DNA of 64,000 nucleotides, from positions 47,941 to 111,940 of the IMG/VR virus record IMGVR_UViG_3300020042_011666. The stretch is one strand, 5' to 3'. This DNA is from a virus. Positions within the stretch are counted from its first letter, which is position 1, and each line of letters starts with the position of its first letter. The position numbers and the translations under genes were made by a program. The notes beneath the pieces are model-generated. The model saw only the letters and a list, made by a program, of their open reading frames with translations. It was not told the DNA's origin and did not search any database. Below are positions 19,700-28,771 of this stretch, one piece after another.

Positions 19700-22355
19700 A
19701 TTTAAAAAATCTGTGTACATTACGATTAAATATGGGTTGTCCCCAACCAATGTCTTTATATAATGTTTCTAATTTATTTTTCATAACGCCATCAAAGATT
19801 CCATCTCTGTCTATATAGGTGTTAATAAATTCAATTATTTCTGGAGGATCATCGTAACCATTAAAACCAATAACATCAATTTTGTATGGGTTATTCTTTA
19901 AATAAGCAAGAAACATTTTATCTCCTACCTGAAATAATGAATTGGTTTTGTCTAGTTTTTTAAAGCGAAGGAAATCATTGTAAAATATAGCTGCTTTAGT
20001 GTTAATAGGACATTTTAATTTTAATTTAGAGAATATTTCACCAGCTCTAGGACCTCGCTCAGTATACTCTTTTAATTGCTTTAATCCAGTAGGTTTTAAG
20101 ATTTTTGTCCACTCAATAGTTTGTAATGATTCTCTAAAATCAAGTACTTGAGAGTCAATACTTGGCTTAGATTTACCAAACATAATCTCATTAATAATGT
20201 GTTCACCAAACTTTTTAAATAATGGAGGGAAATTTGATTTCATCAAATCCAATCCCTTAACATCTAGTTCATCTGTTGGGACACCTTCTTTATTAACAAT
20301 GTGTTGGGCGTATCTACGTTTACCAGCAAAATAACCTCTATCTAATACAACCTCTTGTTTTAATTCAAAATAGTGTTGTGTATCATCTCCTAAATTAAAA
20401 GCATCTCTAGCAAATTCACCTATAAACTTATTTGCCATTGCTTGTAATTCAGTAGCAATTACTAATATTTTTTTAATTACATCCTCTTGATTAGTAAAAT
20501 CAATATCCGGATGTCTTGCTTTTAATAAGTCTTTGCACTGGATAAAAAGTGAATCTGTATCACTTGTAACAATATAGTCTACGGGTGTTTCGTTATTTAA
20601 TTCATTATTTAAATAGTCATTCATATTAGTAATACTTTCTTGTAACAAACGTTGACCTGTTAAAGTAATCGCCTTACTAATAAATTTATTGCCATCTGTG
20701 TATCTCCAACCATTAATAGCAAATACACCATAAACGTCATTTAATTTAATTTTATACGCGTGTTGGCGCCTATCATAAAAGGATCCCATAACCGGGTCAT
20801 TATCTTCCTTATATGCTTTTTTCATCAACCTTTTATATTCTTGACGTTTAGCAAACCAGTCAGATAAAATTTCACATACAACACTTGATTTGTCTTTACG
20901 GAACATTACTCCGGGTGCTGATATGACTAGGTTATTTTTTTCAATAATATTAATTAAGTCTTTTATTTTGGTTTGTGATAATGCTATTGTTCTATCTTTT
21001 TTAATTTTTTCAATATTAACCACTCGTTCAGGATCCATCTGCTTTAATTCCTTTAATGACCATTGGTTGTCAAATTTACCATTGTGAACAACTCGGCCAA
21101 CTAAAGTTTCAATACCCATGTTTAATGAGCGAATAATAGATGGATATAGTGATGTAAAATCTAGGTCAATAATCCATTCATATAAACCCGGTATTGGGTC
21201 TTTTAAATAACCACCAGCATACTCGGCTAAAGATACAATATCATCGTATTCCTCTTTAGTAATTTCTTTTTTCTTATATAGGCCCTCAGCATTTTTAACA
21301 CTAATATCTTTTAATGCGGGGTTATAAGTAGTTGGTTTATTTGGTGAGACTATACCTTTACGTTTTAAGTATGTTAAAATAGCACCTTCATTCAGCATTG
21401 TTGAATAATAAATCTGCTCATATTCTGTATGGCAAAGGTGGCAGATTGTAACTGTTAATTCAACAAATTTAAGTTGGTTTTCTAGTTCAACTATAATTTC
21501 AACATCTCGAATGTTATACTCAATAAATTTATCTATATCTTCGTTAAATAATTTATCAAGTGAACCTTGATATTCTATTTTTTCTAACTTAGCATATTTT
21601 CTACCTATTTCCCCTAATTTATAAGACGGCTCTTGTTTAGTAATGTATTTTTTAAACAACAACATATAGTCAAGGTGATTAATACCTGCTAAGTTAACGG
21701 GTTGTTCGGGAAATTGGGGTGTAAATGTTATTTTTCCTAGTGGAGATAGGTAGTTAGCTGTATCCTCTCCTAATACTTTACATATTCTATAATACAAGTA
21801 AGGTATATCGAAGAATCCACTATTCCATCCTGTAATAATAGTAGGATCTAATTCAATCCATTTATCAAGGAAACCGTGTAATAATTCTTTTTCAGATATA
21901 AAGGGAATAATTTGCTTTTTATCGCTATTAATCTCATCCATTTTACTTTCTTTATCCAAGATAAAACAAAAGTATTTTTGAGAATTATTATCATATAAAG
22001 CAATAGCTGTTATTTCACCTTTAGGATTTTTAATGTTTTCAGGTGTTAATGCCCCCGCAATAACACACTCAATATCTAGATAAACAATGTTATTAAATGA
22101 GGGAGTATCATCCGTTTCATAATACATGTCTACTAGTAATCTAGTTTCTTTACTAACATCTTTTTCATACAATCCATTATCACTCCAATCTGCTTTTTTA
22201 GTTGGTGATACACGAGTACCTTCTAGTGTTTCGTATTCACCATCTGGATCAGCAAAGTAATAAGTGGGGTGGTACTTAAAAGATTTCCACCCCATTTTAT
22301 CATCTCGTAAATAATATTGTTTTTCTCCTCGGTCGTAATAGACGGATTGGTACAT
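19692..22355 (-). CDS. DNA polymerase family B (T4 gp43-like)
   Basis: Exo motifs LDIE, GWNSGFFD, YNIRD; polymerase motifs DFTSLYPSII, KIKLNDVYG, SDTDS, KRRY. Confidence 0.97.
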   Translation of the reverse strand: MYQSVYYDRGEKQYYLRDDKMGWKSFKYHPTYYFADPDGEYETLEGTRVSPTKKADWSDNGLYEKDVSKETRLLVDMYYETDDTPSFNNIVYLDIECVIAGALTPENIKNPKGEITAIALYDNNSQKYFCFILDKESKMDEINSDKKQIIPFISEKELLHGFLDKWIELDPTIITGWNSGFFDIPYLYYRICKVLGEDTANYLSPLGKITFTPQFPEQPVNLAGINHLDYMLLFKKYITKQEPSYKLGEIGRKYAKLEKIEYQGSLDKLFNEDIDKFIEYNIRDVEIIVELENQLKFVELTVTICHLCHTEYEQIYYSTMLNEGAILTYLKRKGIVSPNKPTTYNPALKDISVKNAEGLYKKKEITKEEYDDIVSLAEYAGGYLKDPIPGLYEWIIDLDFTSLYPSIIRSLNMGIETLVGRVVHNGKFDNQWSLKELKQMDPERVVNIEKIKKDRTIALSQTKIKDLINIIEKNNLVISAPGVMFRKDKSSVVCEILSDWFAKRQEYKRLMKKAYKEDNDPVMGSFYDRRQHAYKIKLNDVYGVFAINGWRYTDGNKFISKAITLTGQRLLQESITNMNDYLNNELNNETPVDYIVTSDTDSLFIQCKDLLKARHPDIDFTNQEDVIKKILVIATELQAMANKFIGEFARDAFNLGDDTQHYFELKQEVVLDRGYFAGKRRYAQHIVNKEGVPTDELDVKGLDLMKSNFPPLFKKFGEHIINEIMFGKSKPSIDSQVLDFRESLQTIEWTKILKPTGLKQLKEYTERGPRAGEIFSKLKLKCPINTKAAIFYNDFLRFKKLDKTNSLFQVGDKMFLAYLKNNPYKIDVIGFNGYDDPPEIIEFINTYIDRDGIFDGVMKNKLETLYKDIGWGQPIFNRNVHRFFKFG

Positions 22356-22858
22356 TATTTTCTTTGTTTATCGTTTTGCCACTGGCCGTTATATAGCTGT
22401 TCTGATGCCACAGGTTCACATTCATGGAAATACACTTGTGCTACTCGAGCATCTTGTTCAATGAATATAGTTTCAAGCACAACCATGTAAGTACCAATAT
22501 TAGGTGTTACGAATCCGGGATCAAAAATGCTTGATGTAATAATAGCACCGTTTCTCATTAAAGATGAACGTTGACGAATTAAAGCAACTCGGTTTGATGG
22601 GATATTACATCCCTCATTCATAATTACATCATAAACACCAGCATATAACAACCAACCATCTCTCCAATCCATGTTTGATTTTTCAACAGGAGTATGAGTA
22701 TTAAGTTCGGTTTTGTCAACTAAAACTTTACCAATTGAGCCTCCTACCTTATTAATTTCTTTAACAGATAAATCATAACCTACTTGAGCTGGTTTTCCTT
22801 TAGCATTATCTAAATTAAGTAAACCCTGCTCTAATAATTGTTCAGCATTTAAAATCAT
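22355..22858 (-). CDS. trimeric dUTPase / dCTP deaminase family protein
   Basis: GYDL, RSSLMRNG, FDPGF, RVAQ, YNGQWQ. Confidence 0.85.
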   Translation of the reverse strand: MILNAEQLLEQGLLNLDNAKGKPAQVGYDLSVKEINKVGGSIGKVLVDKTELNTHTPVEKSNMDWRDGWLLYAGVYDVIMNEGCNIPSNRVALIRQRSSLMRNGAIITSSIFDPGFVTPNIGTYMVVLETIFIEQDARVAQVYFHECEPVASEQLYNGQWQNDKQRK

Positions 22859-23553
22859 ATCCTGTGTCCTCCGTTGTTAATTTTTAAGCTGTCAAAGAAT
22901 TCTTTGCGTGCTTGATTTTCGTTATCCATAAACACACCTGATGCTTTGGTAGTAACCATAGATGCTCCTTGATGTTTTACACCCCTACAAGAAACACAGT
23001 TGTGGGTTGCAACTATAGTTACAATAACACCTCTGTTATGTTCACAAATTTTATCTACTGCCTGATGGATAGCGGATGTTAATTGTTCTTGAATAGCACC
23101 TCTACGTCCAAAATGTTCTATAATACGATTTAATTTAGATAAACCAATTACTGAGCCATTTTCACCTACAATGTAACCAACATGAACTACACCTCCAATT
23201 GTTTGGTGGTGATGAGAACACATTGAAGTAAGTGGAATGTTACGTTCAATAACAATTCCATCATATCCGTCACTTGGAAATGAGGTAATTTCACTCATAG
23301 CCTCGTAACGACCTTTCCACAAATCAAATACATAAGCTTTAGCTACACGACGCGGTGTATCCGAACTATTAGGATCATTTTTCCAATCACATCCTAAAGC
23401 ATCTAAAAATTTACCATAAGCTTCAGCAGCCTCATCTACCATTGACCATTTTTCCTTTTCGGTAAATGGGAAACCAGGAGCGATACCATTTGCATAACCA
23501 GTTTTTACACACTCTAAATCGAGTGTAAATGTTTTTTTATTATCTTCTACCAT
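22855..23553 (-). CDS. folE: GTP cyclohydrolase I
   Basis: DTPRRVAK, SMCSHH, IGLSKLNR, QEQLT, HNCVSCRGV. Confidence 0.95.
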   Translation of the reverse strand: MVEDNKKTFTLDLECVKTGYANGIAPGFPFTEKEKWSMVDEAAEAYGKFLDALGCDWKNDPNSSDTPRRVAKAYVFDLWKGRYEAMSEITSFPSDGYDGIVIERNIPLTSMCSHHHQTIGGVVHVGYIVGENGSVIGLSKLNRIIEHFGRRGAIQEQLTSAIHQAVDKICEHNRGVIVTIVATHNCVSCRGVKHQGASMVTTKASGVFMDNENQARKEFFDSLKINNGGHRI

Positions 23554-23559
23554 ATTAAC

Positions 23560-24078
23560 TTATTTTACAAAAACGTAGGGTATGTTACGATATAAACCAT
23601 TATCGTCCATCCCATATCCACATAACCAATTATTATCCTCAATATACAAAGAAGAATATAGTTTTCCAAATCTATTTTCAAACTTAATACCCTCTCTTGT
23701 AAACAAAGTTACAATGTTTATACTTAAAGGTTTTTTAGCTAGAAAATGATTCAATAAAAATTTCATAGTATTTCCTGAATCTAGTATATCATCAATCAGG
23801 AATATATTTTTTTCCTCAACATCTAATTCGATGTCTTTAGTTACAACGGGTTTAACTTGTGATTGGTTAGTAACATAAGATTTAGTTCTAACAAAATCAC
23901 ATTCAATAGGAAAACTAATTTGTTTAACTAAATCAGTATAAAACATAAAACCACCGGTTAATACACCTACAAACACATTATTTTCGCCCCAATATTCGGT
24001 GGTTGTGTTTAGCTCAAAAGCAACTGTTTTTACAGCATCTTGAATTTGTTGTTCATTAAATAAAATTTTCGTATTCAT
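23560..24078 (-). CDS. hpt: hypoxanthine/guanine phosphoribosyltransferase-like
   Basis: GVLTGGFMFYTDL, KSY loop, PRPP motif LIDDILDSGNT, GYGMD...YRNIP. Confidence 0.85.
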   Translation of the reverse strand: MNTKILFNEQQIQDAVKTVAFELNTTTEYWGENNVFVGVLTGGFMFYTDLVKQISFPIECDFVRTKSYVTNQSQVKPVVTKDIELDVEEKNIFLIDDILDSGNTMKFLLNHFLAKKPLSINIVTLFTREGIKFENRFGKLYSSLYIEDNNWLCGYGMDDNGLYRNIPYVFVK

Positions 24079-24349
24079 TAATTAATTTACTAAAACCTGT
24101 ATATTTTTTTATAACTTTTCCGTTTTTAATTTCTAAAACTGTTGGATAATATTCTATACCCATTTCCTCATTTAAATAAGGATCTTCATTACTAATATTA
24201 TATAATGGAGCTTTTGAATCAGCAAATGCTTTTTCTAAAACAGGGGTAATTGTAGCACAATGTCTACAAGTGTCTGAGGAGAAAAAAACATAAAAATGGT
24301 TTTCAAAGATAAGATAAGAATCAAACTGTTCTGAGGTAATGTGTTTCAT
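24056..24349 (-). CDS. thioredoxin-like protein
   Basis: CRHC active site, cis-Pro YYPT, KNGK. Confidence 0.8.
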   Translation of the reverse strand: MKHITSEQFDSYLIFENHFYVFFSSDTCRHCATITPVLEKAFADSKAPLYNISNEDPYLNEEMGIEYYPTVLEIKNGKVIKKYTGFSKLINEYENFI

Positions 24350-24361
24350 ATTGTATAAATA

Positions 24362-24565
24362 TCACTTTTTAATTTGTTGCTTTAATTTTTCAGCATACAC
24401 GATACCATCCATTAGTTCCTCTTGGAAATGGTTTAACCAATCCCAAAATTCTAAGTCATTACGGTCCATAGTTACACCGTATTTTTCTTTTCCCATTTTT
24501 GCTCTGTTAGCAAATTTGTCAATAACCGCTTGTACAACCAAATCTGGTTGAAAGTTTTCGCTCAT
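24362..24565 (-). CDS. small all-alpha protein, possibly MazG-like NTP pyrophosphohydrolase
   Basis: GKEKYG...WLNHFQEELMDGIVY (EExxD acidic motif). Confidence 0.5.
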   Translation of the reverse strand: MSENFQPDLVVQAVIDKFANRAKMGKEKYGVTMDRNDLEFWDWLNHFQEELMDGIVYAEKLKQQIKK

Positions 24566-24568
24566 AAA

Positions 24569-25141
24569 TTATTTAATTAAATATTTTGTATAATCGCTTT
24601 GTGTAGGTACAATATTAGGGAAATAATATACTTCTTTTTTAGCACCAATCCAAATAGTTTTATAAAAACCATCTGGTATAGTTGCACCTGTAGGTAGTTT
24701 TTGTGAACGAGGAGAATAAACCATCCTAATTTCAACTTTAACGGTTGCTGTTTTAGCTAAATCTCGCTCGTGTATTTCTAGTATTCTCCAAACACCTCTA
24801 TTTAATTTTTCGTGTTGCAAAACACAATTTACATAAGAGAATGTTTTATATAACATTTCCTTAGTACAATTAAAATCAGCAGCAGGGGCACAATGTCCTT
24901 TATCCCAAACATTAGCAACATAATCGTTAGCATCAGATGTAATAACACCAGGGAAAGAATAAAAATCCATTCCTGTACGAGGAGCAGTACCTGTAGGACA
25001 CAAAACAGTATACCATACTCGTTTAGGTTGTTGTAAGATTTCTGAGTAGACTGCTTCGTAAATGTCTGTTTTAACATAAACTGAATCGCGTTGAGCGAAT
25101 AGAGATAATGGGAGTAAAAATAGTAATAATATAGAACGCAT
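24569..25141 (-). CDS. DNA/RNA non-specific endonuclease (NucA/EndA family) with signal peptide
   Basis: Signal MRSILLLFLLPLSLFA-Q; DKGH, PAAD, QHEKLNRGVW, IPDGFYK. Confidence 0.9.
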   Translation of the reverse strand: MRSILLLFLLPLSLFAQRDSVYVKTDIYEAVYSEILQQPKRVWYTVLCPTGTAPRTGMDFYSFPGVITSDANDYVANVWDKGHCAPAADFNCTKEMLYKTFSYVNCVLQHEKLNRGVWRILEIHERDLAKTATVKVEIRMVYSPRSQKLPTGATIPDGFYKTIWIGAKKEVYYFPNIVPTQSDYTKYLIK

Positions 25142-25156
25142 ATTAATAAATATTAA

Positions 25157-25453
25157 TTATTTGGTTCTTGATTTTTCCATATGCTCCCAAAGTGATTCGT
25201 GACTGTAGCAGATTGGATTCTTATTTTCATCCCAAGCTCCTACTTCTTTGCTTCCAAAGTCTCTTTCATAACAGTACCAAGAAAACCAGTCATAACCTTC
25301 TTCCCCGTAGATTTCTTTTAGCAGTTCTCCGATAATAACACCGTAAGGATCAGTCCAATCTATCAAATCTATTTTCAAATCATAGAGAGCAGATACTGCT
25401 TTGTCTTGCTTTTCTATAGCTGTAATTACTTTTAAAAAATTTTCGTATGTCAT
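25157..25453 (-). CDS. hypothetical protein
   Basis: ORF track; loosely similar layout to 3399..3794 (YGEE..W/F.Y, E.LW). Confidence 0.6.
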   Translation of the reverse strand: MTYENFLKVITAIEKQDKAVSALYDLKIDLIDWTDPYGVIIGELLKEIYGEEGYDWFSWYCYERDFGSKEVGAWDENKNPICYSHESLWEHMEKSRTK

Positions 25454-25455
25454 AA

Positions 25456-25698
25456 TTAGTTACTAGTAAGTCTATTAATTTCTTTTAAGTAATCTCTAAT
25501 TTCAGCAGCATTCTCGTAATCTTCTACTTCAGGTAAGATTGCATACTCCATCATACCGTGGAGTAATGCTTTAAAGTCTCCTTTGTGCTTTGAATCTAAA
25601 TGATTCTGTAGCCAGATTTTTTGTTCAAATGGAATGTTTGAATTGTAAATTTCCGGATGCATTTTATCCTTGTATAGAAGTCGAGTGCTGTAGTCCAT
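25456..25698 (-). CDS. hypothetical protein with UVR motif
   Basis: EVEDYENAAEIRDYL is a close UVR (UvrB/C, ClpC M-domain) match. Confidence 0.65.
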   Translation of the reverse strand: MDYSTRLLYKDKMHPEIYNSNIPFEQKIWLQNHLDSKHKGDFKALLHGMMEYAILPEVEDYENAAEIRDYLKEINRLTSN

Positions 25699-26489
25699 TA
25701 AACAGCTCTCTTAGTATCGTAACTAATAATGTGGTCTCTGCCGGTCCAATTGTAACCTACCTTCATAGCTATTTCAATAGATTTTGGATATATTTCAATT
25801 AATGTTTCTCTAGTATCCCCAGCAGGCATCAACCAAGTTTTATTCTTAGGAATATTCATTTCCTGTCTGAATATTTCAATTTCACCTAAACACTCTATTG
25901 TACCATCCCAAACTGGTTTGTAATGATAATCAGTATGATAATCTAAAGTTTTACGAATTGCATCATAATTTAAACGTAGTTTGTTGTGTTGATCAATCAT
26001 TTTTTGATCAACGAGTTTACCCATTGGAGTGGTAACGTTAAGAGCAGGAACAGAATTACTAAACTTTGGAGATAAAGATACCAACCCAAACGGATAATCG
26101 GTTTCAACATAGTGGCTACCTTCTGTTTCAATGGTTATACATATACCACGTTCGTGAGCAAAATGAGTAAGTTCATTACAAAGGTCGGGTTGCATTGTTG
26201 GTGAACCTCCAGTTAACATCATTTCTGTGATTCCAGGATCTTGATCATAAATCTTAACAATGTCATTAAACGTATAGATACCTTTTTCTGGATGGATACT
26301 TGTGTACCAAGAATCACACCATCCACCTTCACCAAACCAGCATCTGTGAGTACAGCCTGTTGTTCTAATTGCTATTGTAGGACGTCCTTGTCTTGAACCT
26401 TCTGATTGTATACAACGGTAAATCTCAAGTACAGGTAATTTTTTGTTATAGTCGAGAATACGACCTGGTTTTTTATATTCTTTTTCCAT
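25698..26489 (-). CDS. queE: 7-carboxy-7-deazaguanine synthase (radical SAM)
   Basis: IQSEG..GRP...RTTGC-x3-C-x7-CDS, LTGGSP, IETEG, SLSPK. Confidence 0.9.
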   Translation of the reverse strand: MEKEYKKPGRILDYNKKLPVLEIYRCIQSEGSRQGRPTIAIRTTGCTHRCWFGEGGWCDSWYTSIHPEKGIYTFNDIVKIYDQDPGITEMMLTGGSPTMQPDLCNELTHFAHERGICITIETEGSHYVETDYPFGLVSLSPKFSNSVPALNVTTPMGKLVDQKMIDQHNKLRLNYDAIRKTLDYHTDYHYKPVWDGTIECLGEIEIFRQEMNIPKNKTWLMPAGDTRETLIEIYPKSIEIAMKVGYNWTGRDHIISYDTKRAV

Positions 26490-26491
26490 TA

Positions 26492-26956
26492 TTATCCTTT
26501 GTAAAGGGCACTATTTTTTCCATGTTCCATAAACTCAACTTGAGCTACTCTAACGCGCCCATTAGTTTCTTCGTTAATAAAAACATTAAGTTTTTCATAT
26601 ACAAATTTAGCAAATTGCTCAGCACCAACGGCTGGTATTACTCGTACCTGAGCTAGTCCATGATCGCCCATAGCTTTCCATCCAGCTAGGTATGGGTCAT
26701 CTTCAGCCACAATTAAAGTGTGGTCAAACATATAGTCCATCCATTCTTTAGGGTTCATATCATCGATAGTTCCTTTAGCGCGTTTCATGCCTCCAAAATC
26801 CCAAACCCAATTACGTTCATCAAGTTCACCTTCGAACCATACTTTAAAACTTACTCCATAGCCATGAAGGAATCTACAATGTGTACCTTCTGCTTTCCAT
26901 TGACGAAATACGCAACTAAATCCGTCAAAAACTTTTGTTGATATATGTTTACTCAT
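26492..26956 (-). CDS. queD: 6-carboxytetrahydropterin synthase
   Basis: HCRFLHGY, WDFG, FDH, GAEQFA, EHGKNSA. Confidence 0.9.
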   Translation of the reverse strand: MSKHISTKVFDGFSCVFRQWKAEGTHCRFLHGYGVSFKVWFEGELDERNWVWDFGGMKRAKGTIDDMNPKEWMDYMFDHTLIVAEDDPYLAGWKAMGDHGLAQVRVIPAVGAEQFAKFVYEKLNVFINEETNGRVRVAQVEFMEHGKNSALYKG

Positions 26957-26957
26957 A

Positions 26958-27200
26958 TTATTTATAAAAATTTATAATCTCATTTAATGATTTAACTCCT
27001 GTAAATCTACGAACTTCTTTTCCGTTCTCCACAAGAATTACTGTAGGAACACTTCTTATTTCAAAATCTGTTGTATACTGTTTTTGAGTATCAACATCTA
27101 CTTTTATTACTGGTACTTGTTTACCTACTTGTTCCATGATGGGGGATAGGGTTTTGCATGGTTGACACCAGGCTGCGGAGAAATATATTAAGCTTTTCAT
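26958..27200 (-). CDS. trxA: thioredoxin
   Basis: FSAAWCQPCK, VDVD, IRSVPT. Confidence 0.9.
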   Translation of the reverse strand: MKSLIYFSAAWCQPCKTLSPIMEQVGKQVPVIKVDVDTQKQYTTDFEIRSVPTVILVENGKEVRRFTGVKSLNEIINFYK

Positions 27201-27352
27201 ACTAGTTCCTCATAAATACCAATAGTCTCACTAAAGATTAAAGTAATAGCTGCTACCTCAATATCAAAAAATAAAAAAGCATATCCTAAGATACGAATAG
27301 CGGATTTAATAAAACTAATTTGTTGGTGTTTTTTAGGATTAGGATGGTTCAT
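27197..27352 (-). CDS. small membrane protein (51 aa, not in ORF track)
   Basis: MNHPNPKKHQQISFIKSAIRILGYAFLFFDIEVAAITLIFSETIGIYEELV*; ATGA overlaps at both ends. Confidence 0.65.
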   Translation of the reverse strand: MNHPNPKKHQQISFIKSAIRILGYAFLFFDIEVAAITLIFSETIGIYEELV

Positions 27353-27543
27353 AGTTCTATAATTTCAGTTTTAGGGTAATGTTCTAAGATTCGTGATGTA
27401 TGTTCTTTATATAAAACCTTAGCTTCTTTCCAATTGTGTGACCAAAATAGGGAACCATACATCATTCCGATGTATGCTTCCCCTTCTTGGTTCACAATAA
27501 TATATTCTTTACGTTCAAATGTTGGTCGTTTTGGCGTCCTCAT
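27349..27543 (-). CDS. hypothetical protein
   Basis: ORF track. Confidence 0.55.
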   Translation of the reverse strand: MRTPKRPTFERKEYIIVNQEGEAYIGMMYGSLFWSHNWKEAKVLYKEHTSRILEHYPKTEIIEL

Positions 27544-28387
27544 AATTTTCTAAAACCGAAGATACGAACTCTTTTACATATTCCCAAGTTACAGGGCCAA
27601 ATTCATCAGCATATTGAACTGGATCTTTTCTTCCCAATTTAATAAATGCCTCTACTCGCTCAACACTTGATGCTGATTTGTAATCTGAAAACCATTCTTC
27701 TGATGGGTTGCCATAGCTGTCAAAAACAACATGAACCATAGGCTTATATGATGTGTTTGTTTTAGCGTATACCTTATCAAAATTTAAGTGAAGATAAGTA
27801 CAGCACTTTTCACCATCTTTTAAAATACCAGCCTTATCATCACTAAGATAAGGAGTATAATACTGGACACGATCAGCACCCCAGTTACCAGCACAAAAAG
27901 CAGCGTAATCAATATCTCGAAACTCCTGGCGGCAGTCCGGATAAATTGCATGATCCCCTGCATGGATACCCATTGCGATTTTAACTTCTGTATTTTTTTC
28001 ATCTGCGATACTTAATGCTACTGCTTGAATAATTGAACTAAATATTTTATTACGATTAGGGACAACTGTTGCTTTCATATTATTTTCAGCATAGTGTCCT
28101 TCAGGAACATCATCTCCACCTTTTACTAAGGCTGAATTAAGTAATTTGTCTAACCCTTTTAATGTAATTGTTTGATGTTTTACTTTAGCATAGTATTGTT
28201 CATCCTCATAACGAGAATGGTTGTTTAAATACTTTACTAATTCTTTAGCACGTTCTAATTCAATGTTGTGTTTTTGACCGTAATCAAAGGATAGTGCTGT
28301 AACTTCGTAGCCATCGGCAAGTAGACGTAGTAACAGTGTCGAGGAATCCATTCCCCCAGATAAGCTAAGCACTGCTTGTTTATTCAT
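27515..28387 (-). CDS. queC: 7-cyano-7-deazaguanine synthase-like (lacking Zn cysteines)
   Basis: LSGGMDS PP-loop, FDYGQKH, VPNRN, YPDCR; C-terminal Cys cluster replaced. Confidence 0.9.
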   Translation of the reverse strand: MNKQAVLSLSGGMDSSTLLLRLLADGYEVTALSFDYGQKHNIELERAKELVKYLNNHSRYEDEQYYAKVKHQTITLKGLDKLLNSALVKGGDDVPEGHYAENNMKATVVPNRNKIFSSIIQAVALSIADEKNTEVKIAMGIHAGDHAIYPDCRQEFRDIDYAAFCAGNWGADRVQYYTPYLSDDKAGILKDGEKCCTYLHLNFDKVYAKTNTSYKPMVHVVFDSYGNPSEEWFSDYKSASSVERVEAFIKLGRKDPVQYADEFGPVTWEYVKEFVSSVLENYEDAKTTNI

Positions 28388-28521
28388 AGTTTTGTTTTGT
28401 TTGCTAATTTACGTAATTTTTCTAAATTATTCAAGTTCATTCGAAAACGATTTTCCCAAATAGCATCTAGTACTTTTTTAATTTCCGCCTCCCAAGCGGG
28501 ATTAATATCTATTTTTTCCAT
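28384..28521 (-). CDS. small hypothetical protein (45 aa, not in ORF track)
   Basis: MEKIDINPAWEAEIKKVLDAIWENRFRMNLNNLEKLRKLANKTKL*; ATGA overlap with queC. Confidence 0.55.
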   Translation of the reverse strand: MEKIDINPAWEAEIKKVLDAIWENRFRMNLNNLEKLRKLANKTKL

Positions 28522-28524
28522 AAT

Positions 28525-28767
28525 TTAAAAAGGTAAGTCGTCTGGTTCATTGTAAAGGATTTCTGTAGAAGATGTTGTTCCCTTATTAAAATAATCATCT
28601 AGCCAACTTTCAGGATACATCTGGATTGGTCCAGAGTATATAGAGTTACTTACTTCTTTGGTTTTAATTGGAATTTCGTCATGTTGAGCTGCTGTGCTTA
28701 CTTGCATTCCTAATTCTCTACCTGCTGGTTTCTTTAGGTAGTCGTAAAGTGATAGAAATTTTTCCAT
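28525..28767 (-). CDS. hypothetical protein with SSB-like DDLPF tail
   Basis: Start reassigned to MEKFLS (promoter covers the longer start); ends EPDDLPF. Confidence 0.65.
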   Translation of the reverse strand: MEKFLSLYDYLKKPAGRELGMQVSTAAQHDEIPIKTKEVSNSIYSGPIQMYPESWLDDYFNKGTTSSTEILYNEPDDLPF

Positions 28768-28771
28768 AACT

